Origin: the human T2T-CHM13v2.0 reference genome, Homo sapiens
DNA: 64,000 nucleotides
Direction: 5' to 3' (one strand)
Assembly (NCBI RefSeq): GCF_009914755.1
Contig: NC_060928.1
Below the pieces are notes generated by a model. It did not search any database. It was not told where the DNA came from and saw nothing but the letters and a program-made list of their open reading frames with translations. Below, piece by piece: positions 1 through 14,240 of this stretch. Position 1 is the first letter of the stretch, and each line of letters opens with the position of its first letter. The translations under genes and the position numbers were made by a program.

Positions 1-1555
1 GGCCAGGTTCACTTTCTCTCTGGCCCCACAGCCTGCCTCCCTGAGAAGTGCTTTCTCATGGAGTGTCATCGCTTACTGCATGCCTTCTTTGTTGGCTGGG
101 TGCTCCTGGAGGGAAGAACTGCCTCCAGTGCCCAGCAAGAGGATCGACATGCTCCAGGGAACATACCACCTCTAGCCTCCCCGCCAAGCCTGTGGATGCT
201 GCTTGGCTGCATGTTAGAGGACACGGCTGCCTGTCAGCCCTGGGGTGGGGCCAGGCCTTTGCAGCAGGCTGGGGGGTCTTCTGTGAGGGGCATCCTTCCT
301 GGTGTTGGTCTCCTCGGGGAGCGGCAGGTCCTCACCGAGGAAACTGGCGCTCGGAGGGGAGGACTTAGGTCCTGGGAGAAACCACCAGCCCCCACCCTGA
401 AAGCTGCCCCTTGGGGACTTCCCAGGTCAATGCCAAGGAGGGGCCGGCTGTAGCCTGATGGTCCTCTTCCTCCCAAGTCCAGAGCAAAGTCCTGCTGGCA
501 TCTCCTGCTGGGCCACAGGGGTGCCTGGCAGAGTTGGGGAAAGGGAAGGGATCAAAGCACCCAGCAGAGCCTCAGCGGGGAAGCAGCCCCTGGTGCTCGG
601 CCAGAAATTCCTGGTAAAATCCCAATTTCCAGCAAAATACTCTTTCTAAGTTGTCAACCTCCTAGGAGGCTGTGGGTCACATTTTAAGGAAGAAGAGAGA
701 GAGACAGTTTCTAAGTCCCTTCCAGAATCCGCATCCACCCCCTATGGCAGTGATGACACTGCCCCTTATGCCCCAGGGCCGCCGCTGGGGGACTTGTTCT
801 ATTTGAAAGGCAAGGCGTGGAGGAGAATCACAAATACGCAGACAGCACATAAAATGACTCCCGCGCTGAGCTGCGAGAAGGCTTGTGAAAGCCTCGCAGG
901 AAGCTGACCCACATTTAATGCAGATTATGGAGGGAGGGAGGGAGGGCGCCATTCAGCTGAGCACAGGGTCTGGAAGGACACAGCCTGAGCTCCAGTGCCA
1001 GCCCAGCGGGTGACGCGGGGCAGGCTTCTCCATGTCACTTTGCCTCTATGTCCCCGCCTGTAAAATGGGGAGTCACAGCTCCCCACCCCACCACCTGGTG
1101 TGAAGAGGACTCACAGAGGTGACGCGGCCCACACTCAGCCAGTGTTATGACCCCCGCTATGCTGCTGTTCTCTACCAGCCACCGGGCACCCTTTTATCAA
1201 GAAGCGTGAGCTCTTTGGAAAGCATAAAAATGCACCATCCGCAAAAGGGATGTTTTTTATCAGGCGCAGAACTCTTTGTTCCCTATTGGCCTGAGAATTT
1301 GAAAGAACCCGTGGGGAGACACGCTCTGGGGAGGCGGCAGCACTGAGTGGGTGTTCTGAGAGGCAGGCATGCCAGTGGGAAGCCCACCTCCCATCTTTAC
1401 CAGCCGTGTGACCTGGGGCGGGTCGTGCCTCCTGTCTTATCCAAGCACCCTCATCTGCCAACTGGGAGCAGTGACATCACCCCACAGGGCTTTGTGGTGT
1501 CGGAGATCAATCTACAGCCTCGCTCCTGTGCCCAGTGTTGCTAGGTGCTCTGTAA

Positions 1556-1866
<311 letters not shown>

Positions 1867-2117
1867 AGGTATTGATTTTCATTAGACAAATCAATCACTC
1901 CCTTTGGATCCCACTCTGGTGAGCGCCGGGGGTTCCTGAGGTTGCCAGCACACCCAGGATATATTTAGCTCTCTGCTGGAGCCCTGCTGGGTGCTAGCAT
2001 TCCAGCTGAGGACATGAAATCTCAGGCCAGCTCCTAATTTCTCATTGGCAACCATGGATTTTGCTCCAGAGCAGAACTCCCTCTCTTTTATAACCGTAGA
2101 CTAAATTATCCCCAGAC

Positions 2118-2125
2118 TACACACT

Positions 2126-2170
<45 letters not shown>
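2118..2170. repeat. (CA)n microsatellite
   Basis: Long pure CA run. Confidence 0.95.
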
Positions 2171-2173
<3 letters not shown>

Positions 2174-2574
2174 ATCCCTGTGCTTGTAACATGTCAATAC
2201 CGCTCACAGCCCTAGCTCAACAGTGAAAGTCCACCTCTCAAAATAGAGTATCTCAGAGCAAGAGGACCTGGCCAGCCGCCGGGGAGGCTGACAGCTGCTT
2301 CCTAATGGAGTGTCCTTGAGAACTAGAATTGAGCAAACCCGCCACTAGCATGTCCTTAAAATGGATCAGCAGTGAAAACATAGAACAGCAAAGCATTAGG
2401 AACAAAGGAAAATTGCCCATGATCCTAGCACATTTTTTTTCTGAGATGTTTTTCTGCATCTTTTGCAGACTGTAAGAAATGATGCGTCCTGTATTCTTCG
2501 TCTACCACCAGCCTTCACATAGACTTTATTCATGCTTCATAATATTTTTAATGCACAATATTCCATCTTTTATC

Positions 2575-3345
<771 letters not shown>

Positions 3346-3744
3346 TAGATGGACAGGAATTTCCTTAGCCAGTGTTCTGCGGTTGGACATTTACGTTGCA
3401 GAGCATGTAACCCCTGCAATCAACGGCTTTTTATTTCTGAAATTCATGTCTGTGTTTCAGAGGCTTTCTTCAGAAGAGATTCCCAGAAGTCGCATTATTC
3501 CATCAAAAGGCATGAATGTATTTAAGTCTCCATACATTTCACCTAACTGCTCCTCAAAAGATTAGACCAATTCATATTCTTATCCACAGTCTGTGACAGG
3601 ATCTAACTCCCGGGACGTTTAAATTTAGCGAGTAACATTTTTTTTATCCTATGAGAAGTCATTCTCACTCTCTCATCCATCCTAGAGACTCCACAGGGAG
3701 AAGAAAAGGTATTGACCCGGTAAACAGGATGCACCAAGAGACTA

Positions 3745-4233
3745 CCTGTGCCCGGCTGAGTAATGCCTCCCCCAGAAGATATCCCCATCTAATCGCTAAA
3801 ACCTGTGACATATATGGTTAAAAGGGGAGGGGTCTTTGCAGATGTGATTTACATAAAGCGTCTAGAGACTGGGAGATGATTCTGGATGCTATGGGCGGGC
3901 TCTGAGTGCAATCTCAAGAGTCCTTATGGGGAGGAGGGAGCGGGAGACGACACACACAGGGGAGAAGTAGCATGAAGATGGAGCTGAGGGAGGTTTGAAG
4001 ACTCTGCCTTGAAGATTGGAGCAACGTGGCCACAAACCTCAGAATCTGGCAGCCACCAAAGCTGCAGGGGTGAGGACTGAGCCTCCCCTGAGCCCCCGAG
4101 GGAGCTGCCAGCGCCGTTTAGCCTCGGACACTGACATTGAACTGCTGGCCTCCAGAGCTGGGAGGAAATGCCTTCTCTTGCTTTAAGCCTCCCAGCTTGT
4201 GGTCACTGGTGACCGCAGCCCCTAGACACTCAC
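3745..4233 (+). mobile_element. MLT1-family (MaLR) LTR
   Basis: Typical motifs ctttgcagatgtgatt, ctggcctccagagctg, tttaagcc...gtggtca...gcagccc. Confidence 0.75.
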
Positions 4234-5399
4234 AGGTGGCCTTTGCCCAGCACTCTGGTTGTGCCATCTTCCCTGAGCGAGGCACGGACCTGCACAAAAC
4301 CCTTTCTTTAATGGGTGAATCGCCCTTTAATCACGAAGTCAGCCCTAGGCCCAATATCCCAGAAGAAGGGGCACGAGTCAGGGCCCAGCTGCAGACCAAC
4401 CCCAAACTCTGGTGTGGTTCCCTGAGGCCCAGGTGGGCAGGCAACAAGGGATAGTGGCCCGACCTTGCTGGGGGAGAAACCCCTCACCAAAGCCCACCAT
4501 GCGCACCTTCCCCGGCAGAGAAGGGGTTTGGAGTGGCAGGAGGCAGGGGCAGAGGGAGAAAAGGAAGACGTGGCGGCGGTGCAGCAGAAGCTCTCCTGTG
4601 GGGGCCCTGGGCCAGGCAGGTTCTGAAGGGCCCAGTGTGTCTGGAGGGGAGAGGATGAGCTGGTGGATGAGAGGGCTGCAGCTGCAGGTGACCTAAGCAG
4701 CACTGTGGGCCTGCGGAGGCCTCCCCACTGGATTCCAGAGGGGGCTCTGGGCCTACAGTGAAGCAGGGCCCACAGGAGGTGAGGGAGCCGCTCAGGACGC
4801 GGGGGGGCCATGGCGCACCACAGTTAGGAGTGCGGGTTCTGCAGCTGGCACGGTGCTTCTCAGCCGAATCACCTCGGGAGAGTTACCTAATTCCCTGGGC
4901 CTCCGTTTGCTCACCTGTGAAGTGGGAATACTGGTAGTCCCGAGCAAGGAGCTCTGATGTAAGGATTATAGGGTGAAAGCACATCGCGGTGCTGGGTCCA
5001 CACTGGGGAAGCGCGTAAGCCGTTCCCCCGTGGGCATGCACAGCAGAGTCCTGCTTGCCTGGAAGCAAATGCTACATCCCAAGGTGTCCATTGCCCCAAA
5101 CCACACAGGAACTCAGAGTCGGAAAGATCCTCTAGGACAAGCCCAACCCCAACAGAGATGAGGAGGCCAAGGCTCAGGGGGTACATGGCCTGGGCTGGTT
5201 CCTGGACCCCCACCTCTCCATGAGACCACCCCTATCTCCTCCCAGAGCTGCTGATGTACCAAGAAACCTGGGCTCCGCAGGCACCCGGGAGATCAGGCCA
5301 CGCCAGGACCCGGGATCTGGAGGCACCAGGGAGAGTCCAGCTGTGCCAAGGCCCAGGGTCCCCAGACACTACGGAGAGTCAGGCCACGCTGAGATCTGG

Positions 5400-5760
5400 G
5401 GTCCCCAGATACCAGGGCAGATCCAGCCAGAGTGTGAAGGGGTCTGTAGGGCTGGGGCCATCTGGAGGCTCCGGGGGAGATCCACTTCCGTGCCTCTTCC
5501 AGCTTCTAGGGGCACCCGAGTTTCTTGGTGTGGGGCCCCTCCCTTCATCCTCAGAGCCAGGCGTGGAGACTTCTCTCTCCTCTCTGCTGCCTCCTGCCTC
5601 CCGTTAGCGAGAAGCCTCAGGCCCCCTGAAATCCAGAGCAGTCTCCCTGTGGCAAAATCCTTCACATAGTCGCATATGAACAGTCATTTTGCCGCATGAG
5701 GTCACATAGTCACAGGGCCTGGGATTAGGACATGGGCACCTTTGAGTCCACTGTTCAGCC
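5400..5760 (-). mobile_element. MLT1-family LTR
   Basis: Reverse MLT1 motifs ctggaggctcc...cctcttccagcttcta...aggtcacatagtcacagg. Confidence 0.6.
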
Positions 5761-8700
5761 CCCCAACACCATCCAAGAGGAGGTATTTCAGAGAGGGCAG
5801 GTCCCAGCTCCAGGCTGCAGAGCAGGCAGGAGCAGGCACAAATCTCCACAGGAAACCCCAGCTTGGTCTGTGTCCACAGGTTCAGAGGAAGGAGGGAAGC
5901 AGAGGGCCTAGAGATGGGAAGAAAGCTTCACAGAGGCCCTGGAGTCCGGCAGAGCCTTGAAAGGGAGAGGAGGAGGGACTCCAGGGGAGCGGGGGCAGGC
6001 AGAAGGCGGCAGGAAGAATGCAAGGCTGTTGGGGGATCAGGGCAAAGACAGCACATAGTAGGTGCTTAATAAATAGTCGTGGAGGGACAGAAGGGACATT
6101 CTGGAAGAGCTCTGAGCCCTTGGGAGGCTGTTGACTGCTGGACACAGAGAAGGCCCGGACCTAGGCTGAGACTTCCCCAGCACCTCACACTCAGGACTGG
6201 CCCTGCGCCCAGACAGGACGGGGCCTATGGAGTAAGACCCCACACAGCCGGTCCCTCTGTGGGACGATTCAGAGGCTCCCAGTGGGACTGAGTCCCCACT
6301 TGCCAGAGTGGTGGCCCCCATCCAAATGCCCCCTCCTGGCTTCCCCTCCCTTCCCCCCTTACCCTCCTCACACCTCCCTCGTGCTTCCTGGGGTCACCTC
6401 CTAGGTAAACCACCTGCACCCAAGTTCCCACTGCACCTACTCAGGGAGCCTAAATGGAGAGAGTTGTGGGGCAAAGGGGTTGGAACATCATGAGGGCATT
6501 TGAAACTAGGCTGCCAGGTTGAAGGTCTGGATGCTCCTTGGAATTCTTCCTTCTGGGCACTTCGTGTCCAGCTGCAGCATCAACTGATGTCATTTTCCAT
6601 GTGCGATCCCGGGGACACTGAGGTCTGCAGAAGCAGAGGGTCAGAGAGACAGGCCAGGCTGTCTTATGGAATGACGGCAGACAGATGAGGAGGCCATGCT
6701 GAACTGGGGACGGAGTTCCACCCATCACACATCCTCCACTCCTTGGGTGTTCACGAAATGCCTCCTCTCATTCTACCTGAGTGGCTTTCAGGGGAGCCAG
6801 TACAAGGCCCCATCGTGCCCTGAGGACAGACGCCAGCGAGGACAGAGGCAGCATGCTAGCCGCAGTGACACTGAGCACTTTTCTTGGTGCGCTGGCTGGA
6901 CTCACATTTCCAGATCGTCTCTCTAACTCGTCTCTCTAAGCACAGAGAAACCAAAGTCCCAAACTTCCAGCACAGGGTGCGAGCTCCGTGCCGGAGGCGG
7001 GAGGAGCCACTGCTGCTGCCTGGGATGGGGGCTGCTCAGTAGAATGCAGCTAAAATGAAGCTTCGAGCTGAGACCGATGACTCAAGACACCACGCCTCCT
7101 GAGGATGCTGTGCCGAGAAAACCGGGAGCTGGGTGGCTCTCTGGAGACGGTGCTTCTCCTGGCACTGGGCTGCAGCCTTGTAACCAGGACTGAGATGGGG
7201 CTGGCAGGGGAGACAGCAGGACCAGAGAAGGGGAGGGGAAGCTATGAACCCAGCCTAGGGTGTGGCTGATGATGCCAAAGCGGCTCCCACGGGGCACGAC
7301 GTCAGGTTTGTCCCTGAGCTGTGAAGGGTATTTACAGCTGTGACAAAGGCCATTCTGCCCGTTCCCTGGTGCCTGCCGTGCCCAGGCCCTTGACTCTCAC
7401 TCAGCATCTCTGAGTCTACAGTAACCCCTCAAAAGCAGCTGTCATCACCTGTACTTTTTATGTGGGGAAACTAAGGCAAAGGGCATTTAAACAATCCGCT
7501 TGGAGAAACACACAACTAGCAAGTGACGATTGGGGCTGGAGCCCAGGTGTGCCCAGCCCCAAAGCCAGTGCATCTTCTGAGGCACCCAGACTGGCCCCCT
7601 CACATTTGGAAATGTTCAGCCAAGGGAAGTGACATGAAGCCACCCAGCTCGTTATCCGCAGCAGACCTGTTTGTTGTAGGCCTGGAAGCTGCTGATGGCG
7701 AGAAGCCCCAGAGCCAGCCCTGGCACCCACAAGGACCAGTGAGCGTCCCAGAATCCAAAGCCCCCTCCTCCGCCCCAGTCCTTCCCACAGACGCGAGGGA
7801 CCCAGCTGCCCTCCTAGCTCGAGCTCCAGGCAGACATCCACAGAAGCTGCTAATCCACAGGCGGCAAGGCACCTCCCTCCACGCCAGAGACCCTCAGCGT
7901 GAGGCCCAAGTACTGCTCACCCAGCTGGGAGCATCTCGAGAGCCAGATGAGAAAGGTGGGCGCAGCAGGGTCCCTAAAATGGCAGCCAGGCCTCACACCC
8001 AAACAGTGGGCGGGGTGGGGCGGTGGTGTCAGAAGAAAGCAGGGTTGTACCCCGAGGATGGCAGTGGCCCTGTTTTTACAGATGGGTACACTGAGGCACA
8101 GAGGGACGATGACTTGTCCAAGGTCACAGAGGTCCAGGCGAGGGGCTGGAGACGCTGCTGGGCTGGGCTGTGTAAGCAGGGGGAGAGGCACTGCCTTCAG
8201 TGGAACAGATGGGCCCTGGGGGGATTGCAGGACTTGGGGTGGGGGTGGGGGAGTCGGAGCAGAGGGTCAGGGTTCCAGGGGGGCACATGGGCTCAATGTG
8301 GTGAAAGTCCTTCTCAGGCCCAGGCTATCTGAGGGTGAGTCACAGAGGCCATGCAATGACGCTAGGCAGGAACCCCCATAGGAGGCGGGTTTGGGTCTTG
8401 TCCTGCCTCCTGGCTCTGTGCTGGCAGGTCCCGCAGCTGGAAAATGGGAATAACACACCACGGCCCAGGCGAGAAGATGGGCTGTGTGAGACCCTCACCA
8501 AGAAGCGCCATCATGATGCCCCCAAACGGGCCAGGCTTTATCCACACCAACACTCAGCCACGCGTTATGAGGCAGCAACCAATCCCCCACAGCCACCGGC
8601 TAAAGCACGCAGGCAGGGGATAGGCAGACAGCGCCCGCCTAGCCAGGGATACGCGTGTTGCGGCTGAGTCGGGCACACTGGGGTTCAAATCCCAGCGCTG

Positions 8701-10336
8701 CCATTTACAAATCACGTGACACCAGGCACCAGACGGGACTCGCAGGCATTTCTTCCTCCGTAGGTAGAGATGCCACCGGCCGCTCCGAGCAGCGCTGCGA
8801 GGACCCCGGGAGGAAACCTATACGAGCATCTGGCCCAGGGCCCCAGGGCGGCACTTGATGAGCCGCAGTCTCTGCGACATTTAAGCCTGTCCCACCTGGG
8901 TGCTGCCCGACACCCTAGACACCCTGAGCAGCCCTGGCGATGGAAAAATTCCTTGAGTAAATTAAGACTGCTCGACTCGGGTTGCTCTGTGCTGGGTGCG
9001 AGCCTCGGAGGTCTGCTCTTTCGGGGCTTCCCCGGGACTGGGACAGCCGCGTCCATCATGCGGGGATGACTGCAGGACCCATGTGATCAGCCTCAAGCAC
9101 TAGGAGCTATCCCAGGACATGACCCATGTTTTCCTATTGCAACTATTTTAACAACCTCTGTGAGCCTCTACCACGTGCCAGGCAGAGACTGGTCAGCTCA
9201 TGAGACCCTCAATCCCTACCAAGACTCTGGGGAGGGGCAGCAATGGAAAGAAGGACACAGAGGTCTTATCTTTGATCATGCTAGCAAGTGGCAGGGCTGG
9301 GTGTGAGCCTGAGACCCCACTTCAAGGTAGGTTTTACGGAGCCCTACCCAGGCAGAGGCACAGCCAAGGGGTGCAGCAAGGAAGGGCCCTAAGTATCTTT
9401 GCAGGGAAGGGACTATGGAATCTAGGCTCTGGGGTTGGTTGATGGCATCAGGCCAGCAGCCTGATCTGGCTTCAAGGATAGGCAGTGCCCGCTTAAAGGG
9501 CCAGCGACAAGACAGGCCCCTTCATCTCCCAGTCTTGCCAATTTCCTCTCGAGCTCAGAGGTCTCCCGTGACCCAGATGATGCTCTGGAAGCCCAGGGTG
9601 TGGGCCAGGCAGCTTTTCCATGAGTCAGGGACACACACCTTTTTCTGGGACAGTAAGATTGAACTTTCCAAGAGTTCATCAAACTCAAGACTTGATTCTA
9701 CAAAATATCCTATCTACCCCCAAACCATCTCATTGACAGAAACCATAAAGAGTCAAAGGATCTTGAGTGGCCAGGTTAGGAAGGAACCCTGCACATCACG
9801 GAAGAACAGGGCAGAGCTTGGGGGTGACCAGGTTAAGCGGAGACTGCCAATGTCTGGGCAACGGCAGTCCTCTCCAGATACAATCTCAGATGAATTTCTG
9901 GGTCAGGGGGGTCTGGCTTCTGCTGCACCTCATTCAGAGTGGAGTCAGGCAGGGAAAATCTGCAGCAGTGCAGCTGCCTGTGCTAAGCTCCCTCGATGCT
10001 GGGAGACACCCCCATCCCACGCAGCAGACAGTGGCCCTGCAGAACGGAATCGCCGGGCTTCTCCCGGAGTGATGGGTTTCTACCAGCGCTGGAGGCAGAG
10101 TGTGCTCTCTTCTTTCCATTTGATCTTTCAGTACAAAAGAAAAGGGCACACAATGAAGAAAACTTGGAAAACACATGGAAAGTAAAAAGGTGCAGAAGAC
10201 GGAAAACTTTGTTCCTTCTCCCACATCTTACAGATGGGCACGGACGGCACTTCCCGACATTGCCTCCCTCACTGTTTCTGTAGAGTTGACATCCTATATG
10301 AAATACAATTTTGTCCTGAGCTGTTTTCTAAATTAA

Positions 10337-10646
<310 letters not shown>

Positions 10647-10649
10647 ACT

Positions 10650-10651
10650 TA

Positions 10652-10683
<32 letters not shown>

Positions 10684-10963
10684 GGAGACAGAGTCTTGCT
10701 CTGTCACCAGGCTGGAGTATAGTGGCACGATCTCAGCTCACTGCAACCTCTGACTCCCTGGTTCAAGCGATTCTCCTGCCTCAGCCTCCTGAGTAGTGGG
10801 GATTACAGGCACCCACCACCACACCCAGCTAATTTTTGTATTTTTAGTAGAGATGGGGTTTCACCATGTTGGCCAGGATGGTCTCAATCTCCTGACCTTG
10901 TGATCCACCCGCCTCGGCCTCCCAAAGTGCTGGGATTACAGGCGTAAGCCACCGCACCCGGCC
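10650..10963 (-). mobile_element. Alu (AluSc-like)
   Basis: Full-length Alu in tandem with the AluY. Confidence 0.9.
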
Positions 10964-11074
10964 AATTAAACCTGTTTTCTTAAGCATTTTCTCCTAACAT
11001 TAGAAATTCTTTACATATGTAGTTAATTCTTCATGTGGGTAGTAACTTCATATACATCTTCCCCACCGCCCAAT

Positions 11075-11560
11075 TAGAATGTAAGTTCAAGAGAACATAG
11101 ATTTTGGGTTGTTCTCGTCTGTTGCTGAATCCCAGGGCCTGGAGCAGCGTGGGCTCACGTATTAGTCTGTTCTCATGCTGCCAATAAAGACATACCCAGG
11201 ACTGGGTAATTTGTAAAGGAAATAGGTTTCATGGACTTACAGCTCCACATGGCTAGGGAGGCCTCGCAATCATGGCGGAAGACGAAGGAGGGGCAAAGGG
11301 ACGTCTCACATGGCAGCAGGCAAGAGAGCGTGTGCAGGGGAACTGCCCTTTATAAAACCACCAGCTATCGCCAGCCTTAATCACCACCATGAGAACAGTA
11401 TGGGGGAAACCACCCCTGTGATTCAATTATCTCCACCTGGCCCTGCCCTTGACACGTGGGGATTATTACAACTCAAGGTAAGATGTGGGTGGGGACACAG
11501 CCAGACCGTATCAGCTCATAGTAGGCATTTTGTGCATCTTTGCTGAATAACGAGTGAGTG
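11075..11560 (+). mobile_element. L2 3'-end fragment interrupted by the THE1 LTR
   Basis: tagaatgtaag...ccagggcctgg...|tagtaggca...tgctgaat resumes across the LTR. Confidence 0.6.
11158..11513 (-). mobile_element. THE1 (THE1C-like) solo LTR
   Basis: Minus strand TGATACGGTCTGGCTGTGTCCCCACCC...GACTAATACG, about 356 bp, with 5-bp TSD GCTCA at 11153-11157 and 11514-11518. Confidence 0.9.
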
Positions 11561-11952
11561 AGATGGAACAGATGGCTCATATTCCATCACTGGCTTCCAC
11601 GGTTTGGTGGTTTCTAACATTTTGTTGTTACTAGTAAGGCTGAGATGAATGTTTCTGTGGCTACATCATTGCCCATTCTTGGATTAGGTGAAGAAATGTG
11701 TCTCTGTTCCAAATACTAGGATCTGCACCGTCCACAGTCTGGGGACTAGGGCTCAGGTTCGGGCTCTGCCACATCCTCTCCTTGGCCCTGGACAGCTGCT
11801 TTTCCTTCCCTAAACCTTGGTTTCCCCCTTTGTGCAGGTGGGTGGGTTTGGGCTGGAACATTCCTCATGTCCCTTCCAGTTCCATGATCCTAAGAGCAGC
11901 ATGGAAACAGAAGGCTGAGCCAGCCACAAGGCCGCCCTTGGCCCCGCACCCC

Positions 11953-12428
11953 TGTTATGGACTGAATTGTCTAAATTCATATGCTGAAGTCCTAACCCCC
12001 AGTACTCCAGGATGTGACTATGCATGGAGACAGGACCTTTAAGGAGACCACTAAGGTGAAACGAGGTCATGAGGGTAGGCTCTAACCAAGTCTGGCTGGG
12101 GTTTTCATAAGAACAGATTAGGACACAGACACACACAAAGGGAAGACGGGACGAGGACACAGACACACACAAAGGGAAGACGGGGCGAGGACACAGACAC
12201 ACACAAAGGGAAGACGGGGCGAGGACACAGACACACACAAAGGGAAGACGGGGCGAGGACACAGGGAGAGGGCGGCCGTCCACAAGCCAAGGAGAGGGGC
12301 TTTGGAAGGAAGTAACCCAGCTGACACCTTGATCTCAGACTTCTGGCCTCTAGAATCAGCAAAAAAATAAGTGTCTTCTCTTTAAGCCACCTGGTCTTTA
12401 GTACTTTGTTATGGAGCAAATTAACACA
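11953..12428 (+). mobile_element. MLT1A/B-type solo LTR containing a minisatellite
   Basis: TGTTATGGACTGAATTGT...TAACACA termini and 5-bp TSD ACCCC. Confidence 0.85.
12121..12264. repeat. 34-bp VNTR, ~4.2 copies (GGACACAGACACACACAAAGGGAAGACGGGGCGA)
   Basis: Copies start at 12121, 12155, 12189, 12223 and 12257, with a single mismatch. Confidence 0.95.
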
Positions 12429-14114
12429 ACCCCTCAGGAGCCTCTGTCCACCTGGGGGAATCTGATCTGCCAGGCCAGCAGCTGCCCAGGAGGATATTTA
12501 GGCTCAGAAGGAGCACAGGCCTTGCTCAAGGATCTGGTGCCCACTGGTGGCAGACCTGGCACTGGAATCCCCCCACCCCACCCCCTGCCCCAGCTCAGGT
12601 ACCTTCCTCAACCCCACCCCCTACTGGTCCCCTTGTGACCACATGGGCTGCAGTGAGATGAAGCTACACCACACTGATTGTCACTTGCTGGGCTCACCAT
12701 GTGTGGACTGGCCGGCCATACTACTGGGGAAACTGAGGCAGGGGGCGCCCCACAGCTAGGACATTGGATTCGGATCCAGGCCTGTCTGGTATGGGATGCC
12801 ATCTCCTTCCACCTTGCCATGTGCTATATAAACAATCGCTCTGGCCACCTGAAATCAACAGGCAACAAAAGTAAGGCAACTGCATGGCCTCGATCCACAC
12901 CTGGGTCATCCTGGAGGTGCCCTGTGTCAGGAACTGAAGACATGGACACAGCCCAAAGGAACAGGGAGCCTGCAGCACACGAGGGTTAGACAGGCTGCCC
13001 TGGGCTCTAAGCCTTCGGCCCATTTGGGCAGCTGGAGACTGGACCAGATGATGCTCAGCCACTCCTACCAGTGCTGAGCTCTGGAATAATGCCAGCGGGT
13101 GTGGGGAGGGCCACAGGGGACCTGCCCTTGTTGCCCTTGTTGATGATGGAAGCTCCTGTCCTGCCAGACATACACAGTGGCCGGACGTTAGAGCCCACAT
13201 GCCAGGAACAAGGGACCATGCTGTCTGCTCTCCCCCACTGTGTGGGTGGAATGCCTGCTGTGCGCATCATCGGCTGGGGACAGGGCTGGGCAGGGGCGAC
13301 AGGTGGCCCGGAGAGCACACATTGCCAGTTCCAAAGGGCTGGATTGATTCAGAGGGTCTGAGCTGAGCTGGCCACCCAGCAATGACCATCCCAAACTACC
13401 GAGGGCCTCCCAGGTGTGGGGCTCTTCATGTTGTACCTTGTCCCCTCCAGGCAACCAATGCTACTGCTCTTACAGGTCAGGAAGCCAAGCTCTGGAAGGT
13501 GCCACCTATGCCTAAGACCACCAGGCAGTCACCATGGTTCAAACCCCAGTCTCTGCCCCCAACTGCCCCAGTGCCCCCACACCCCTTCTCGTCAGATGCA
13601 GAGGAGAGATGCCAGCACTGCTTCTGAGGCTCTCCCTGATGACAGGGGGGACCACAGGTATCAATTATGGCCACAAGAAGCATAAAATTACTCTGTGTGC
13701 ACCCAGCCATTATCCCCACCTGCCATTAGATAAATGTGTCTGGAGGTTCTGCCAAGTCTCAGGGTGCCCTGCTCCCCAGCCACTCCCAGATAACTAGGTT
13801 GGCCATTTCAGAAATCCTCTTCCAAAGGGTTCTGCCTCTGACCTCCCCAACCGCCTGCCATTGCTCTCAGCTACTCCCAAAGGCTCCCGGCAACGCCGTC
13901 CCTCCTTCCTTGGATTGGAGGGGGAGGGAGACAATCTCCCCAGGGAGGGGAGTCCCTGGCCCTTAGCCCCCGCCCCCTTCTAGGCCTACAGCCCACAGGA
14001 AGCTCTTACTAAATTCACATTCTCTCCCCAGTCCGATCTCCCTCAGGGGAAGCGGCTGTCCCCATTGGTTTCTGCACCATGGCCAAGGGCCATACTGCAG
14101 TCCCTGGCGCGACA

Positions 14115-14240
14115 GGCTTAGAGGAAAGAGCACAAGAGTCAGTGAGCCCGGGGTTCGAATCCCCGCCCCCCCTTCCTGAGCCAAGCAAGTGACTCAAGCC
14201 TGGTGCGCCTCGGGTCACACCCTGAAAAATGGGGTGACAG
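14115..14240 (+). mobile_element. MIR with intact B-box
   Basis: gagtcag...GGTTCGAATCCC...gcaagtgactcaa...ctgaaaaatgggg MIR core. Confidence 0.65.

Noticed and set aside
6914-6939. 13-bp tandem duplication (TCGTCTCTCTAA x2)
   Set aside because: Ordinary slippage micro-duplication.
7523-10185. 269-aa (7523-8332) and 256-aa (9415-10185) + strand ORFs
   Set aside because: No recognisable domain, antisense within the ABLIM2 intron, and consistent with chance in GC-rich DNA. The first includes MIR-like sequence.
14140-14170. Possible tRNA gene
   Set aside because: Only a T-arm is present, with no acceptor, D or anticodon arms; it is explained by the tRNA-derived MIR head.
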